Positions 1 through 12,228 of a DNA stretch of 64,000 bases are shown piece after piece. The DNA is from Chlorokybus atmophyticus (lineage: Eukaryota; Plantae; Mesostigma and Chlorokybus algae), in assembly GCA_009103225.1 (NCBI GenBank), contig RHPI01003041.1, forward strand, positions 31,125-95,124, given 5' to 3'. The stretch's first letter is position 1. Each line of letters starts with the position of its first letter. The position numbers and the translations under genes were made by a program. Under the pieces are notes generated by a model. The model had not been told where the DNA came from. It made no database searches and saw only the letters and a program-made list of their open reading frames with translations.

Positions 1-2096
1 GAGCTTGGTGACGAGTCTGCTCACCATCTGCTCCTGACTGATCTTAATTGTGGTGTAGCCCTGTCGCGCTCAATCACCATGCCAAGGAACCACTTGGCCT
101 CTCCAAGATCACGAACTGAGAATGCTTGCTGTAGAGCAAGTTTTGTCTCCTGCAGGTGGTGCACCTGCCTAACGGTGATGAGAGTATCATCCACATATAC
201 GAGCAGCCAGACCTTGTTGTGTATATGGAAGAAGAGCCCAGGGTCCGCAAAGGATGCGGTGAAGCCAAGTGCCTCCTCCTCCTAGGTGAGCTTGATGTGC
301 CACATACGCGGTGCTGTCCAGCCCGTACGGTGCCTTGATCAACTTGCACGCTGTGCCTCTCTTCCCCTCTTTATTATGTGGTGGTTGCTCGATGAAGATC
401 TCCTCCTTCATCTTTTCATAAAAGAAGGCAGTCTTCACGTCGAGGTGATGCAACTCTAGGTCCTCAGCAGCAACCACAGCTAGCAGTGCACGGAAGGTGG
501 TATGCTTACTTGCAGATGCAAACACTTCGTTGAAGTCCACACCTTCCTGCTGCAAGAAGCCCTTTGCCACAATGCGCATAGGGCCACAGACATCCATGTG
601 CACAAGCTTGCAAGGATGCTGACTGCTAGGAGAGGATGATGGGAATGGCATAGCATGCTGCTTTGCAACCAGGCATGGTTCACAAAGTGCACCTGATGCA
701 TTTTTGAGTTCTTCTGTGCTGAGATGGATGCCCTTGACCATCTTCTCAGCGGCAAGGCAAGTGAGGTTGACGTAGCTTAGATGCCCAAACCTTCAATGCC
801 ACAATGTTGGCAACTCCTGTTGTCCTTCACCACCATGGCTTGAATGTCAATGTCCTGAGGGTGCTGCTCCACATGGTAGAGCCCTCCCGGATCAGCGATT
901 CCAACCATGTGCACGACCCCATACAGGATGACTGTGCAGCCACCCTTCCGGAACACTATTTCTGCTCCCAAGCGCTTAGCAACTCTTACAAGGAACAGAC
1001 TCGCAACAGCCTTTGGCACATGCAAAACTTTGCGTAACAACACCTCGCGTAGTGTGTTACCAACCTTGCACTGGAGTCGTACATTGCCAACTCCCTCAGC
1101 CACCAGTACTTCGCCACCGAAGCCTGCTACCTTCGTTGTAGACGTCAGCTTCTTGTAGCTCTCCATTACCTCTTTGTTTGGTGTGAGATGACGATCGCAG
1201 CCAGAGTCCACCACTCAGAAAGCTGTGCCCGCCCTCGAACTGGATGCAGTGAAGGCAACATGTTTCTCCTTGTGTTGGTGCTCGTTGCCGCTGTTGCTGG
1301 TGCTTGCTCTAGGGTTGGGGTTAGGGTTAGGTTGCCCCTGTTGTTTCTTCCTACAGTCCTTCACAATGTGCCCCTTCCAGCCACACCAGTGGCATGTGAG
1401 GTCTTTGTGACGAGGATTGCCCGGCTTGTTGCCCTTGTTCTTCTCTTCATGGTTGCTCTTGTTGCCGTACTTGTTGGTGTAGAAGGCCACGGCATCAGCT
1501 TGCTTGTCCTTCTTCATCACCCTCTGCTCCATGGTGAGCAGCTTCGGTAGTACATCGTCCAGCGTTAGCTCTAATGACGATGTCTCCAGCAGTGTTGCGA
1601 GGACCTCGTACTCTGCTGGTAGCCCTGCAACAACAGCCAGCACAACCTCCGTCTCCCCCATGTCGTGGCCGACGTTGATAAAGTCCGCCCACAGCTCTCT
1701 TGCGCGCGCAACATACTTTGCGATGAGTTCTGCTGCCTCCTTCCTGAGTGCGCTCAGCTGCTTGCGTAGCTGCAACTTTCTGGCATTGTTCTTGGCTTTG
1801 TAATCAGCTGATAGCTTTTCTCAAGCTTGTCTACCATCTTCACATGCAATGAGCATGGGAAAGTGATGCGGTTTGCTGTTCAACACAAGCAAAGAGTGTG
1901 CTTCTGCTGAATGCTCTGACCACACAGTGTTCGCTCCCGGTGTTGGTGGTGGTGCCTTCGGATCAACATACTTCCACACCTTCTTATGGATGAGCAAGGC
2001 CTTCATCTCCACGCACCATGTGTTGTGGTTGTCGGTGTCCAGCTTTGCAATCTGCCCCTTGTCGTAGGTCGCCTCCATCTTTGTCGTGCCTGCCAT
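1..2096 (-). pseudogene. Copia gag-pol remnant (stops, frameshifts, integrase core deleted)
   Basis: TGA at 1215-1217 where W precedes VVDSG. The integrase N-terminus GPMRIVAKG is fused directly to the RT segment FLQQEGVDFNEVF. Frameshift after KLIKA. Confidence 0.9.
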
Positions 2097-2193
2097 TTCT
2101 TGCAGTTAACACCCAAGGCTTTGCTACCAACAAGCTACCGTAGTGTAGAACTACTGTGCACACAAGCTAGTCTCACACTCCTCAAGCGTAGTG

Positions 2194-2206
2194 TGGGCCC
2201 ATAACC
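2194..2206 (-). promoter_or_regulatory. Primer-binding site GGTTATGGGCCCA (internal half-tRNAiMet type)
   Basis: Lies immediately 3' of the LTR end (...TTAACA) on the minus strand; identical to the PBS at 15204-15216. Confidence 0.88.
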
Positions 2207-2631
2207 TGTTAAAGGACTAGCATGCACATGTAGTTGAGGCAAGCATAGACACACAGAGACAGAGCTACCGCCACCAGAGCATACACAAGTCACATCACAT
2301 TCATCTATTACAAGTTGTCCGCTGGTTCTTATACCAGCCAGTTACACACACGTCTACGTTTGCAAGCACTGCGTAAGTTATACTCAGCCCTTTGACGCGC
2401 TCTAAGCTGCATTGTCTTTCTTACAACCAGAGCTTTCTAACAAGCTCTTACACGCCTAATATGAGTAAGTATATGCGGAGATACAAAGCAGTTAGTAAGG
2501 CTCCAGTCTGGAGTCCGGAGTCTGGTCCGACGACGCCATCTTGCTAAGTCCGGACCTAGTGCTCGTCCTTACGACCTTCTACTCCTGTGTGGAGGGTCGG
2601 TGCTGATCGTATGTAGGAATGACTCTCAAAA
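2207..2631 (-). repeat. 5' LTR of the Copia element (outer end approximate)
   Basis: Ends in AACA next to the PBS. Its reverse complement aligns with the solo LTR 24666-25122 (shared GACTTAGCAAGA, AAGCTCTGGTTGT, GGCTGAGTATA, GTAGACGTGTG) and with the start of the 14802 LTR. Confidence 0.75.
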
Positions 2632-2867
2632 TGACGAGGCCTCCATTCTCAAACTGGCCTATCTCACATTGCGCTGGCTGGTCGCCCGTCCATGCCCACA
2701 GCACTACCGACAGCATCATCTCTTGACCTGCAATGAAGGCAACATCAGTATCTCACAACACCAGTCTGCTAGGGCAGTGCAGCCTCTGACAGTCTCATAG
2801 ACCGCTAGAAGGCAGACATGCTACTTTTTAGTCGTAGCCACTAAACAATGCCTATGTAAACAAGGTC

Positions 2868-4545
2868 AAAGCAATGGAAAGCATAACTTGTAGACACCGA
2901 ACAGTGCCTACGAGACTTTAGCACACAAGAATGGCCGGCATAATTCGTAAACTTTTTATAGTGCCTGTGAGACTTTGAGTAATATGGGTGATATGATATG
3001 ATATGCGCAAGTCATCACCTAGATGTCAATCAAGTTATCACCTGAGCATCGGTGAAGCACGCAGCTGTTAACATGATTGGAGTTGAGGCCATAAGAAACA
3101 GTGAAGCCGTTCAAGTAGAGGTTCTGCAGGTCACGCACTAGTGGTCTTAGATAAGGCTCCTGACTGTCCACGCCGTTTGGGAGTTGATCAGTGGGGATAA
3201 AAGGCATGACGAAAAACTCTTGTGAGGAAATGCGCTTCCCGCCATTGAGCTCACAGTCACTGACAACGGTGCAGCTGTGCTTTACAGTGGTTGTTAAACT
3301 GAAGCTGTCGGCGTGGATCAGCAATGCTATATTGCGAGGGTTGCCAAGAGCTTGCTGTACCATCTGATGGTTGGTTTATTGGCACCCTAAGCATTTAACT
3401 GTCACGTGATCCTGTGTTATGATGCTCCAAGACGACATCCGGGATGTGGTGGCATGCACTTGACACATGCAGCTTAATTTTGTGGCGAGGGTCTAAAAAT
3501 CTGCAGAGATGCCGCTCCATCGCACCATGCCATTACTCGGTGTTCGCAGCGGGTACTTGCTACATAAGGACGTGCATCCATTCATCTTTGTGGCGCCATT
3601 CCTCTAGATAGTCGTGCGCAATTGAAGGGACATCTTACTTGGCACTGAGCCAGGCACCTTTACGATTGTACAAGAAGTTGCAACGTTCTTTGCAAGCTCT
3701 GCGGCATCCCCCTCCGCACGTGTGTAGTAAAGGAAATAAATCACTTATAGCTTGGTCTCGCCCGAGTCCCAGTACTTGTCATCTTCATTGAGTGTGGGGT
3801 AAGGTGCATCAAACAAGTATTTACATGTGGGACAGTCAGTCAGGCACTGTAGAATAGGCATGCCGAGCCCGGCCAACGGTTTATCCGCGGCGACAATGTC
3901 TGTCGGCAGCTCGTCCGCAACAGGGCTGTGCGACATTATGTCGCCAATGAGACTGGCGATATCATTCCGTAACTTCTCTTATTAAAAAGGAACCTCCAAG
4001 GCCAGCTTGACAACATGCTCTGGCCAAAAGGTGAGCTTCATGATCTCGTTTACGAGAGCAACCTGGACACTAGAATTTCAGGGCTGTCTCAATTTCTAGT
4101 CACATGTCTAGCCACTTTTTCGTAGTAGACTCTGATGGTGGTTGGCTGGGCTCGAGAGGTTGACTAAGGGGGAATAGGTGGTGCCCACCTGCTTGCGGCA
4201 ACTGCCACATCAAGTGCATGGTGCGCCCTTGCAACTGCGTCGTCCACCATCTATGATGACAGAACTTGGTCAGCCAGCAAGCAATGAACACCAATCCATG
4301 TCACGCTATTAAAAAAGACAAGCAAGACACACACGTGCATGGCTGTGTCAAAGACCGGACTGAACAGTGTTTATGAGAAAACATTTTTAATGTTTATATT
4401 AGGTCACAGCAATGGACGACATAGTCGTAAACAATGGACAGCCCCCTGAGACTGTAGCTCACACCAATGGATTGCGTAAGTCGTAGACTCCGGACAGTGT
4501 CATGAGACTTCAAGTCACAGCAATGGATTGCGTAAGTCACAGATT
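2868..4545 (+). repeat. Degenerate direct-repeat motifs on both sides of the CACTA fragment (about 2868-2975 and 4405-4545)
   Basis: AGCAATGGA...GTAGACACCGAACAGTGCCTACGAGACTT (left) versus CCAATGGATTGCGTAAGTCGTAGACTCCGGACAGTGTCATGAGACTT (right). CAATGGA recurs four times on the right. Confidence 0.5.
3019..3936 (-). pseudogene. CACTA/EnSpm-type transposase fragment (Transposase_21-like)
   Basis: NPRNIALLIHADSF...FFVMPFIP...EPYLRPLVRDLQNLYLNG matches the EnSpm TnpD pattern DPRNi.l.l..DGF...yL.PLv.dL..Lw..G. CPTC lies upstream in ORF 3745-3936. Confidence 0.65.
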
Positions 4546-6121
4546 GCACTGCTTACCATGCCGCGACATCCACCAGCAGTGCAGTTGCAAATAATTTGAC
4601 ATTGCTACTGCTGCTGCTGGCTCTCCACATGATCAGATGGCTCATCGAGTGAGCTACCTGCAGCTTCAGCAGGTGACAGAGGGGAATGTGAAATAGATGG
4701 CTGGCCAGTGGTTGCAGGGGGGTGAGCAGCATGCTGAGTTACTGAAGCTGGCCTGCAGGGACTCGTGTTAAGGCCGGCACATATGCTTGTATGTATGCAC
4801 GCCCCTCCATATGACCAGGCCAGCCTGAGGCTAGCAAATCAGACTGAGTGTGCAGAAAATGCAAGTGATTATGATACATGCAACATGCATGACACATGCC
4901 TTGTTCACCAAGCTCATCAAGCAATGATTATTTACCACCGGGGTCTACCTATACTAGCCACACGTAACTATTGTAACTACTGCCTTCAACCCCCATCAGA
5001 CATACATGCATGCATTTGCTCATTACCTGTACACAAGGCGTCAAAACACGTTGCTAGCGGCACAGCTTCAGGCGAGGCAGCAGCAGACAGCAGACGGACT
5101 CCCCCTCCTCTCTCTTCCTCTCTCTCCACCACCCTCCTCTTTCCTCCGCTCCCTCCTCTCCATGTGCCTTTCCTGCAACGGCTTGCAAGGGTTGTAGTGT
5201 GAACGTCAGCAGAGAACCGCTGCGTGCTCTGCTCAGGCGACCTGCCCACCTGTAGTGTGCGTGTGCATTCGTATGTGTATGTGCATGCGTACATGATGGT
5301 ACACAGACAGCGCGACACGCATGATATGACACACAAGCGCACACCCTCAATCCTTGCACCTATTTGTTATACTACTTCAACAGCTGATTGCGTGACAGCG
5401 ATTTGAGCACTTCAATTCTGGACGTGGATCAAGGGTGCATGAGAATGTATGACAAGTATTACAATTCGCTAATAAGCATTGACTAATCTATGCTCCCGCG
5501 CCCAGCTTTGATGCGTATGTACAAGCAATGCGAAGCGGAAATGCACATGCATAGTGGCATGCACAGTCAGCAGCGTGCAGAGTGACATAGCGCATACCAA
5601 CAACACCATTCTCATTGTTGCCCGGTTTGTAAGCAAACCGAGAGCATCTGCTATGCGCATTTTCGAAGGTTGGTGCAGGCCCACACCCAGGTCTCTGCTC
5701 ACTAATGCTTGTTTGATTATTGCTAGCTAACAGTGGCTGCACTTTGCAAAAGGTGATAACTGTTGCCGAACACTCGGCTGTCACTCCTTTGCACATCATG
5801 TGCGAAGGGTGCGTATCCAAAAGCACATGCATGCTTGCATGCACATGCCCGTGTGCGCGCTTGCACGTTCACACACGCATCCTCCCCCTCCCCCTTCCCT
5901 TGCCCCTCTGCTCACCTGCTGTTCAGCATTTGCCCCTCGTTGTAGCGCCCCCCAGTCCCGCGGAGCAGCAGCGTCAGGCTTCCTCCACCAACCCCCATCA
6001 CATTACTTCCAGCCATCGTGATGCATAAGCTTCTGCGCGTGCACGCGTGCGTGGCTGCATGGGTGCGTGTGCATGCGTGTTACCCGAGCCATTGACTTGG
6101 GTGGTGTAGAGTCGTGCTGAC

Positions 6122-6395
6122 ATGGCTAGGGTGGCACCAGCTTTATTCCTTCTTGCTGCAATCACGACTGCATCTGCTGGAGTCTGCCATCCTTCAGTGA
6201 CGCTGGGGGGCCTTGTATACAAAGTCAGTAACATCCCGAGAGCACACATGAGCCACGCAATCAGTCATGGAACACACACGCAAGCGTGTACCTCTTGCAT
6301 GGCCGCCTGTTCAGAAGGAAAGTTGTCATCAACGGGTCCAACCGTCTGCACCGATTGCTGTCCAGCCTGTGACCTGAAATGCACAATTAGCACCA
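6122..6395 (+). CDS. Possible small secreted Cys-rich protein (exon structure uncertain)
   Basis: MARVAPALFLLAAITTASAG looks like a signal peptide, followed by CTSCMAACSEG...CTDCCPAC. No recognisable family. Confidence 0.3.
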
Positions 6396-7519
6396 TTATG
6401 TACGCATGCACTGCTACAAATGAGAGCACGTGCAAACACAAAGCTTACTCTACAATTCGCAATTGCTTCTTATGTCTACATGTGGAAGACTTTGCTGGTT
6501 GCAATTATAGAGTCATGCAGTTGAAAGCATACGTTGCTTGGCATTTAAGCTCTGCGGGGTTGCCTCCAACTCACCGCAAGTTGCAAGGCCAGTTGAATCT
6601 GGAACTGCAACATGACACATAAGTATGTACATGTCGTTGGCTAATATCAGTTGTCATGTGCCTGCCAAACTGCTCAGGTAGTGGATAGGTAGCGGATCAG
6701 CAAGTGCACAACCAAAGCCATGAAGCAAGCATGTACCTGCTTGAATGCAATGAACTTCGTTTGCAACTGGTCCAGCAAAGTTGCCCTGCACGGTTGTGGG
6801 TTGACATCGCCTCCAAGAATAGATGAGTCACCTGAACAACAACGAGATTGATTGTGCATGTGCGTACACAAGCAACGCTGGTTGCTCAACCCACATCATT
6901 CTGTGCAAGCATGCAAACTGCTCTGACACAGGACAAAGCGGCTGTAGCTACTGCTGCGGTTGATGCCATGGCTGCTCAGGCTGTTGTTGATTTGCAGTCG
7001 TGAAGTTATAGCAGCAGCAGCAGCAGTAACATCAAGTAACATCACAACCATCTCAACTACCACCATTGTAACAACAATGACACAAACGACAACATTGCCA
7101 AACTGTGGTCTGCAACAACGGCAGCAGCACCGGCAATGTGAGGCGCTGCACAGTAGCGGTTAGAGCTTAAGCGTAGCTGCTCTTACCAATGCCACCGACA
7201 AAAGTAGCTTACAGCAAGCCATGCAATGCAATGAAGCTTCGACACCAGCGTATGTAATAGGCCTACCCTCAGCACCGCCGCCTCTAGCTCCAGAACTCTG
7301 CGCTTCGAAGCTTGCCGTTTGCAACGCAATGCCGCAAGCAGTGCCTCAGTGCGACCCATAGCGACTAGGGTTTCAGCATAGGATAAGCACAGTTTCGTAC
7401 TTACCGCTCTGCTGCTGACGTGTGCAGGACCGCGACCAAATGCCAGATGGTCGTTGCATAGCATTCAACAGAAGGACGCGCGATAGTTGCCATGTCAGGT
7501 CGCAAGACAACGTTGGTGT

Positions 7520-8010
7520 ACGAACCAGACCTGGTCATAGCGACTGTCACTTGTTGTACCAGTGCTGCCCTGGCTTATAGGCCGCAGGGTATGCTACCAG
7601 CTTTGGTCCTATTGCTCAAGCCGCGTGCTGACCAGTGCTGCACTGGGTCGCAGGCCGCGGGGCCCGTGACCAGCCCTGGTCCGGTCTATGGGACCATACC
7701 GTTCGGCTGCGCGGCAGGACCACCGGTGGTCCGGTCACGCCGGACCAGTCACGGCACTGGTCCGCCACAGCGTACCAGACGCGGTCTGCGGACCGCGTAC
7801 GACTGGTCTGCGCGTAAAAAGCCATGTGCATGCACAGGGACTGGCATTGCCAGCACTGTTCAATGGTACGAACTGCCACTGTACAAATGTACCATTTTAG
7901 TGGTATCTTCTGGCAAAGGCATCTTCGTACCATTAAAATGGTTCAATCAGAATATTTATGCAGAGACTCACCCTGGACGTGCAATGGCTCAATCGTACCA
8001 TGGTAACGGT
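7520..8010. repeat. Cluster of GGACC/GGTCC palindromes and GTACCAT/ATGGTAC motifs, probable transposon subterminal repeats
   Basis: Perfect palindrome GGACCACCGGTGGTCC (7717-7732). 9-bp stem 7741-7764. 8-bp stem 7779-7798. GTACCAT/ATGGTAC repeated between about 7860 and 8005. Confidence 0.65.
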
Positions 8011-8144
8011 GCGACGGAGCCAGTAAATGGCGGCCAAGTTTCCTGCCTCTGGCATGCAAGGGAAGCATTGGCGGCGGCGGTGCGTGTTGCTGGATATGAT
8101 GCAGGTTACATTGGCGACACCCGTATCGACGTCAGTAGTGAGAT

Positions 8145-10531
8145 ATGGGAGTCCTTTGTCCGTATTGCCACATGCGCTTCGCCATACGCAGCTCGGTCTA
8201 CATGCACATTGTTAGCAGCAGGGTGTGCAAGCAAATCAAGCTGTATGTCGGCCAGCGTCCATTACAGTACGATGCGGGTCATGTTAAACCGGGGAGTTCG
8301 ATCCAGGATGCGCACATGCTTGATACTGAAGGATTCCTCCAGGAGACACACGCACAGCAGCAACAGGAGGAGGAGAAAGTGAACGAGAACCTTCGATATG
8401 TGCGTGTGCCTGAGAAACCTGTGGCACGTCAACATGGAAGTGGAGGCGTCCCTTCGCACGCGTCGGAATCCAGGTGGTATGGCTCGGAGCATGCTCTTGC
8501 AGTGGCATTCGTGCAGTGCAACAACAGCCAAGGCCTGTCGGCCTCCAACATGGGGCGGATCATTAAGTGCATCCGAGATGCACACTTCTTGACGGAAGAG
8601 CTCCAGTGGGAGACCGGTGTGCATGTGGCCAGCTACCTCCGGACCACAATTGCTTTCTCTTAGTCTAAGGTGTGTTCACGGTGTGCGGTGCATGTGCTTC
8701 AACCATTAGAGCCATGTCACATATGCACATGCGAGTGTGCTGCCGTATCAGAACTACGTGACGGCTGACCTGCGCAAGCCTGGAGACCCTGAGGATCAGG
8801 ACATCAGCGTCACATATATGCCGGCCAAGGTCTGTGAAATGCAGTACCTAATGCAGTATCGATGCAGTAACTATTCTGAGGCCAGCGTAGTAAGTAATGC
8901 TCTTGGTCAGGGCAGGTATGGCTCGCGCGGTTGTATGGCAATCCACATGCCGCCAATGGCTTCAATCTCCAGTACAGTGGTGACGAGCACAGCTTTGGCC
9001 AACCTTCCACGGGCGATTAGTGAAAGAATGTGGAGGTGGATTTGAGGAGAGAGGTGGGCGAAGCGTCCTACTTGGCGCCTGCCATTCTGTACAGTGACAA
9101 GACCACGCTGGATAGCGCGGGCAAACGCTCTAGCTACCCTCTGATGGCATCACTTGCCCAACTACAGTTGGGACATGTATGCAACATGGGGGTTGATTTG
9201 ATGACGCTTCTGCCGGTGGTTCACGAAGTGGCCGGGCATCCCACCTGGGCGCAGGGCAAGGAATCGTTCTCAATTTTAAAACGTGAGACTTTTCATGACG
9301 TTTTGAAAGAATGTGGAGGTGGATTTGAGGAGAGAGGTGGGCGAAGCGTCCTACTTGGCGCCTTCCATTCTGTACAGTGACAAGACCACGCTGGATAGCG
9401 CGGGCAAACGCTCTGACTACCCTCTGATGGCATCGCTTGCCAAGTACAGTCGGGACATGTATGCTAGCAATATGGGGGTTGTTATCATAGCGCTTTTGCC
9501 GGCGGTTCACGCAGTGGCCGGGCATCCCACCTGGGCGTTGAGCAAGGAATCCTTCTCATTTTAAAAACGTGAGATTTTTCATGACGCTTTGAATGTAGTG
9601 GTAGGGGATGTGAAGCGGGCGAGCTAGGAAGGTCTGCAGCTCATCGACCTAAATGGCATCGAGCGTCGTGTGTTTACTGCGCTTGCCAACTACATCAGCG
9701 ACTTGCAGATAGTGGGCATGCATGGTTGTGACCGGATGCAACCTGTCAGCAAACAGTGCATGGAGGATGTTGTCAGTAGAGCATCTGAATTTGTTGTGTT
9801 GCAGGAGACTGCCACACTTGCACGCACTGTGTTAAGCAACCAAATACGACATCCTTGCAATGTTTGTCTCATCACCAGATCTATTGGAAATGGATGAGGA
9901 CCGGGAATTGAGAACCGAGACTTTCTACACATCAGCAATACATCAGCTGCGGGCGGACCTGCATAGCGGTGTTAGGAATGCACGCCAGACAGTCGAGGCT
10001 TTTAAAGAGCAGCACTCCATGCATGTCGAGGAGGTAATGATCAAATTACCGGCATTTGTGAGGATGAAGGGCTTTCCTGGGAGCCACTGGAGGAGGGAAC
10101 AACTGGAGTTGGCCAACGGGTGGCGTGCTGTTCGCGTGGTGAATAGAGGCGCAGCGGTGTACATGACATTCGAAGTCAGCATGGCGCGCGCAACTGGGAT
10201 GTTTTATGGGCGGCCTTGGTTCTCTACACTTGAGTTGGAAGGTGATGAAGACGGTGTGAACGTGACGTGGTGGGCTCAGGCACTCCTTTTTTTGCGCGTG
10301 GTGGTGTGGGGTGGTAGCGGCGAGCGCGTGTGGAAAGAGGTCGTGTTTGTTTGCTGGTACACGAAACTGGATGTGACGAGCGACACAAAGTGCATTGCTC
10401 TGAAATGGGAAAAGGATCGAGGGGATCCACATCTCGATGTCGTGACTCTAAAGCAAGTAAGAGGCATTGTCCAGCTGCTCCCCAATTTGACAAGGACAGC
10501 GCCCGTGTACAAGAGGGCAAGTATTGGGTGA
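8145..10531 (+). pseudogene. Plavaka-like (EnSpm-related) DNA transposase, fragmented
   Basis: N-terminal CPYC..H..C zinc finger (8145-). ILYSDKTTLDSAGKRSSYPLMASLA...LLP matches the Plavaka ilySD.T.l...g...yP pattern. IDLNGIERRVFTALANYISD at about 9640-9705. C-terminal WWAQALLFLRV...VFVCWY...VRGIVQLLP domain (9860-10531). The middle of the catalytic core is missing. Confidence 0.7.
9021..9593 (+). repeat. Tandem duplication (283-bp period) inside the transposase core
   Basis: TGAAAGAATGTGGAGGTGG starts at 9021 and again at 9304. Both units encode EVDLRREVGEASYLAP.ILYSDKTT. Confidence 0.92.
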
Positions 10532-10561
10532 ACGTTCACTGCACTGCCATGTGACACATGT

Positions 10562-11210
10562 TGTAACGATGCTCGTGCTGTTTGAACACCTCACCAGAGC
10601 TACCAGCCTGATGAACGAGCTAGGATGCAACTGAGCACACTAATGGCGCTATGACACGTGCACCTACTCGCAATCAATCAATCAACAGTATTCGCACCGT
10701 GGGGTTGAACACCTTGAGGGCAATGTAGGCGCCTCAAAGCTTGTGGGGCAGTCCGGTCCGTGCAAGAGCTGTAGCAAAAGCACACCCACGCGCACACATG
10801 CACCGTGGATGCAAACTACACAAGCATGCGCACACCGTCCACAACAAGAGCAATAACTTAATTTCCACTTGGTCCAATCTCCCTAATAGCAGTATACTAG
10901 CTACTTGTATACCTAAGAGGCTTCACTATCATTTTAGAAGTCAACTATGTTGATTCCACCGCGAACACATGCTCAAAAACACGTGAATTAGCTGTTTAAA
11001 CTGCGTCGGCGCATGGAAACTGTCAACGGTGATCAAATGTCAGCGCATAACGCTCGCGTGACCTTTTTTACGCGCGCCCTTGATGTAGGAATAACCCGGC
11101 GACTTGGGACTTTATAAGCATAACGCGTCAGGCCTGTTAAACAGGGCTGTTTTGGGGTAAAAGGGCTAGAAATTCAGCTTAAAAGCAAGTGTAATACCAA
11201 CTTTGTTACA
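10562..11210 (-). repeat. 3' LTR of the chromovirus
   Basis: TGTAAC...GTTACA ends. Near-identical to 31834-32483 (about 10 differences by hand count). Preceded on the minus strand by PPT GCGGGGAGGAGT (11211-11222). Confidence 0.96.
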
Positions 11211-11250
11211 ACTCCTCCCCGCTCACAGAAGCTTCGTCCTCGAAGCTGCA

Positions 11251-12228
11251 CTACGGCGTGCATGATATCTTTCGAGGATGGCAGGGGCATTTGCTAAATG
11301 CTCTGCGGGTTCCCAAGTCGACTCGTATACAGGATAGCCAACCCACTTGACCAAATACTGTCTTATGCCCTCGTACAGCATCATCTAAAATGTCTTCCAC
11401 TTCGAACTCCGCATGCGAGTTGTCAATAACAACAGCAGGAGGCTCACCGACATAAGGCTTTAAGAGGCTCATATGAAAGACTGGATGTGCGCGCATAGTG
11501 GGTGGCAAGTCCAACTTGTACGCAACAGAAAACACCGCTTCTATGACTTGAAAGGGACCAATCCACCAGTCCGACAGCTTTCATACAGATGTAAGCAGGG
11601 GTAGATGTTTAGCAGACAATAGTACCCAATCACCAACTGCAAAGGAGAGTTCTCGGCGATGAGTGTCTGCAGACTGTTTCTGCCTGTTTTGCGCTGTCAA
11701 TGCAGAGTCGCGGACAAACTTCAACCTTTCGGCTCTGTAGAAGCACTTTTGCTATTGTTGATGCTGAACTCCATAATGTCCAGCCAATCATCCCAATCCT
11801 TTTGCTGAGTACTAACAAAGCAACGAAGGGTATCTTCAACAACTCTATTAGCCCTTTCAATCTGACCGTCCGTCTGAGGGTGAAAAGCAGTGCTGAAGCT
11901 CAGTTGGGTGCCGAGACCCTTATGCAAGGCACGCCAAAAGTTGCCAGTAAATCGAGGGTCTCTGTCACTCACAATCACCTTGGGAAGTCCATGGTGTTTA
12001 AACACATGCTTCATAAACATCTTGCCGTCTCAGGAGCAGTACAAGAGGATGTGCAAGGTACCAGCCGCACCATTTTACTCAACTTGTCGACAAATACAAG
12101 TATGCCATCGTAGCCAGCAGTGGATACAACATGGCCAAGGTACTCCACCTCATCAAGAAGAAACTCACACTTTGGGAGTTGTGCGTATAACCGGTGTTCT
12201 CGCAGACGTTGCACCACCTGCTTCAATA
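11251..12228 (-). pseudogene. Chromovirus RT C-terminus fused to integrase core plus chromodomain
   Basis: LKQVVQRLREHRLYAQLPKCEF...LGHVVSTAG|YDGILVFVDKLSKMV (RT-to-integrase junction). VIVSDRDPRF, FHPQTDGQIER. Chromodomain FEVEDILD...YLVKWVGY...STWEP at about 11290-11410. Confidence 0.92.

Larger units (their letters stand above)
1..2631 (-). mobile_element. Ty1/Copia LTR retrotransposon, internally deleted and degenerate; 3' part runs off the window start
   Basis: Minus-strand order: LTR (2207-~2631), PBS, gag (1821-2096; 1215-1775 with CHWCGWKGHIVKDC zinc knuckle), protease (VVDSGCDRH, 777-1214), GAG-pre-integrase (CEPCLVAKQH, LVHMDVCGPM), RT (HHLDVKTAF, LLVYVDD). Protein fragments are clearly homologous to the element at 14802-20290. 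Confidence 0.93.
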
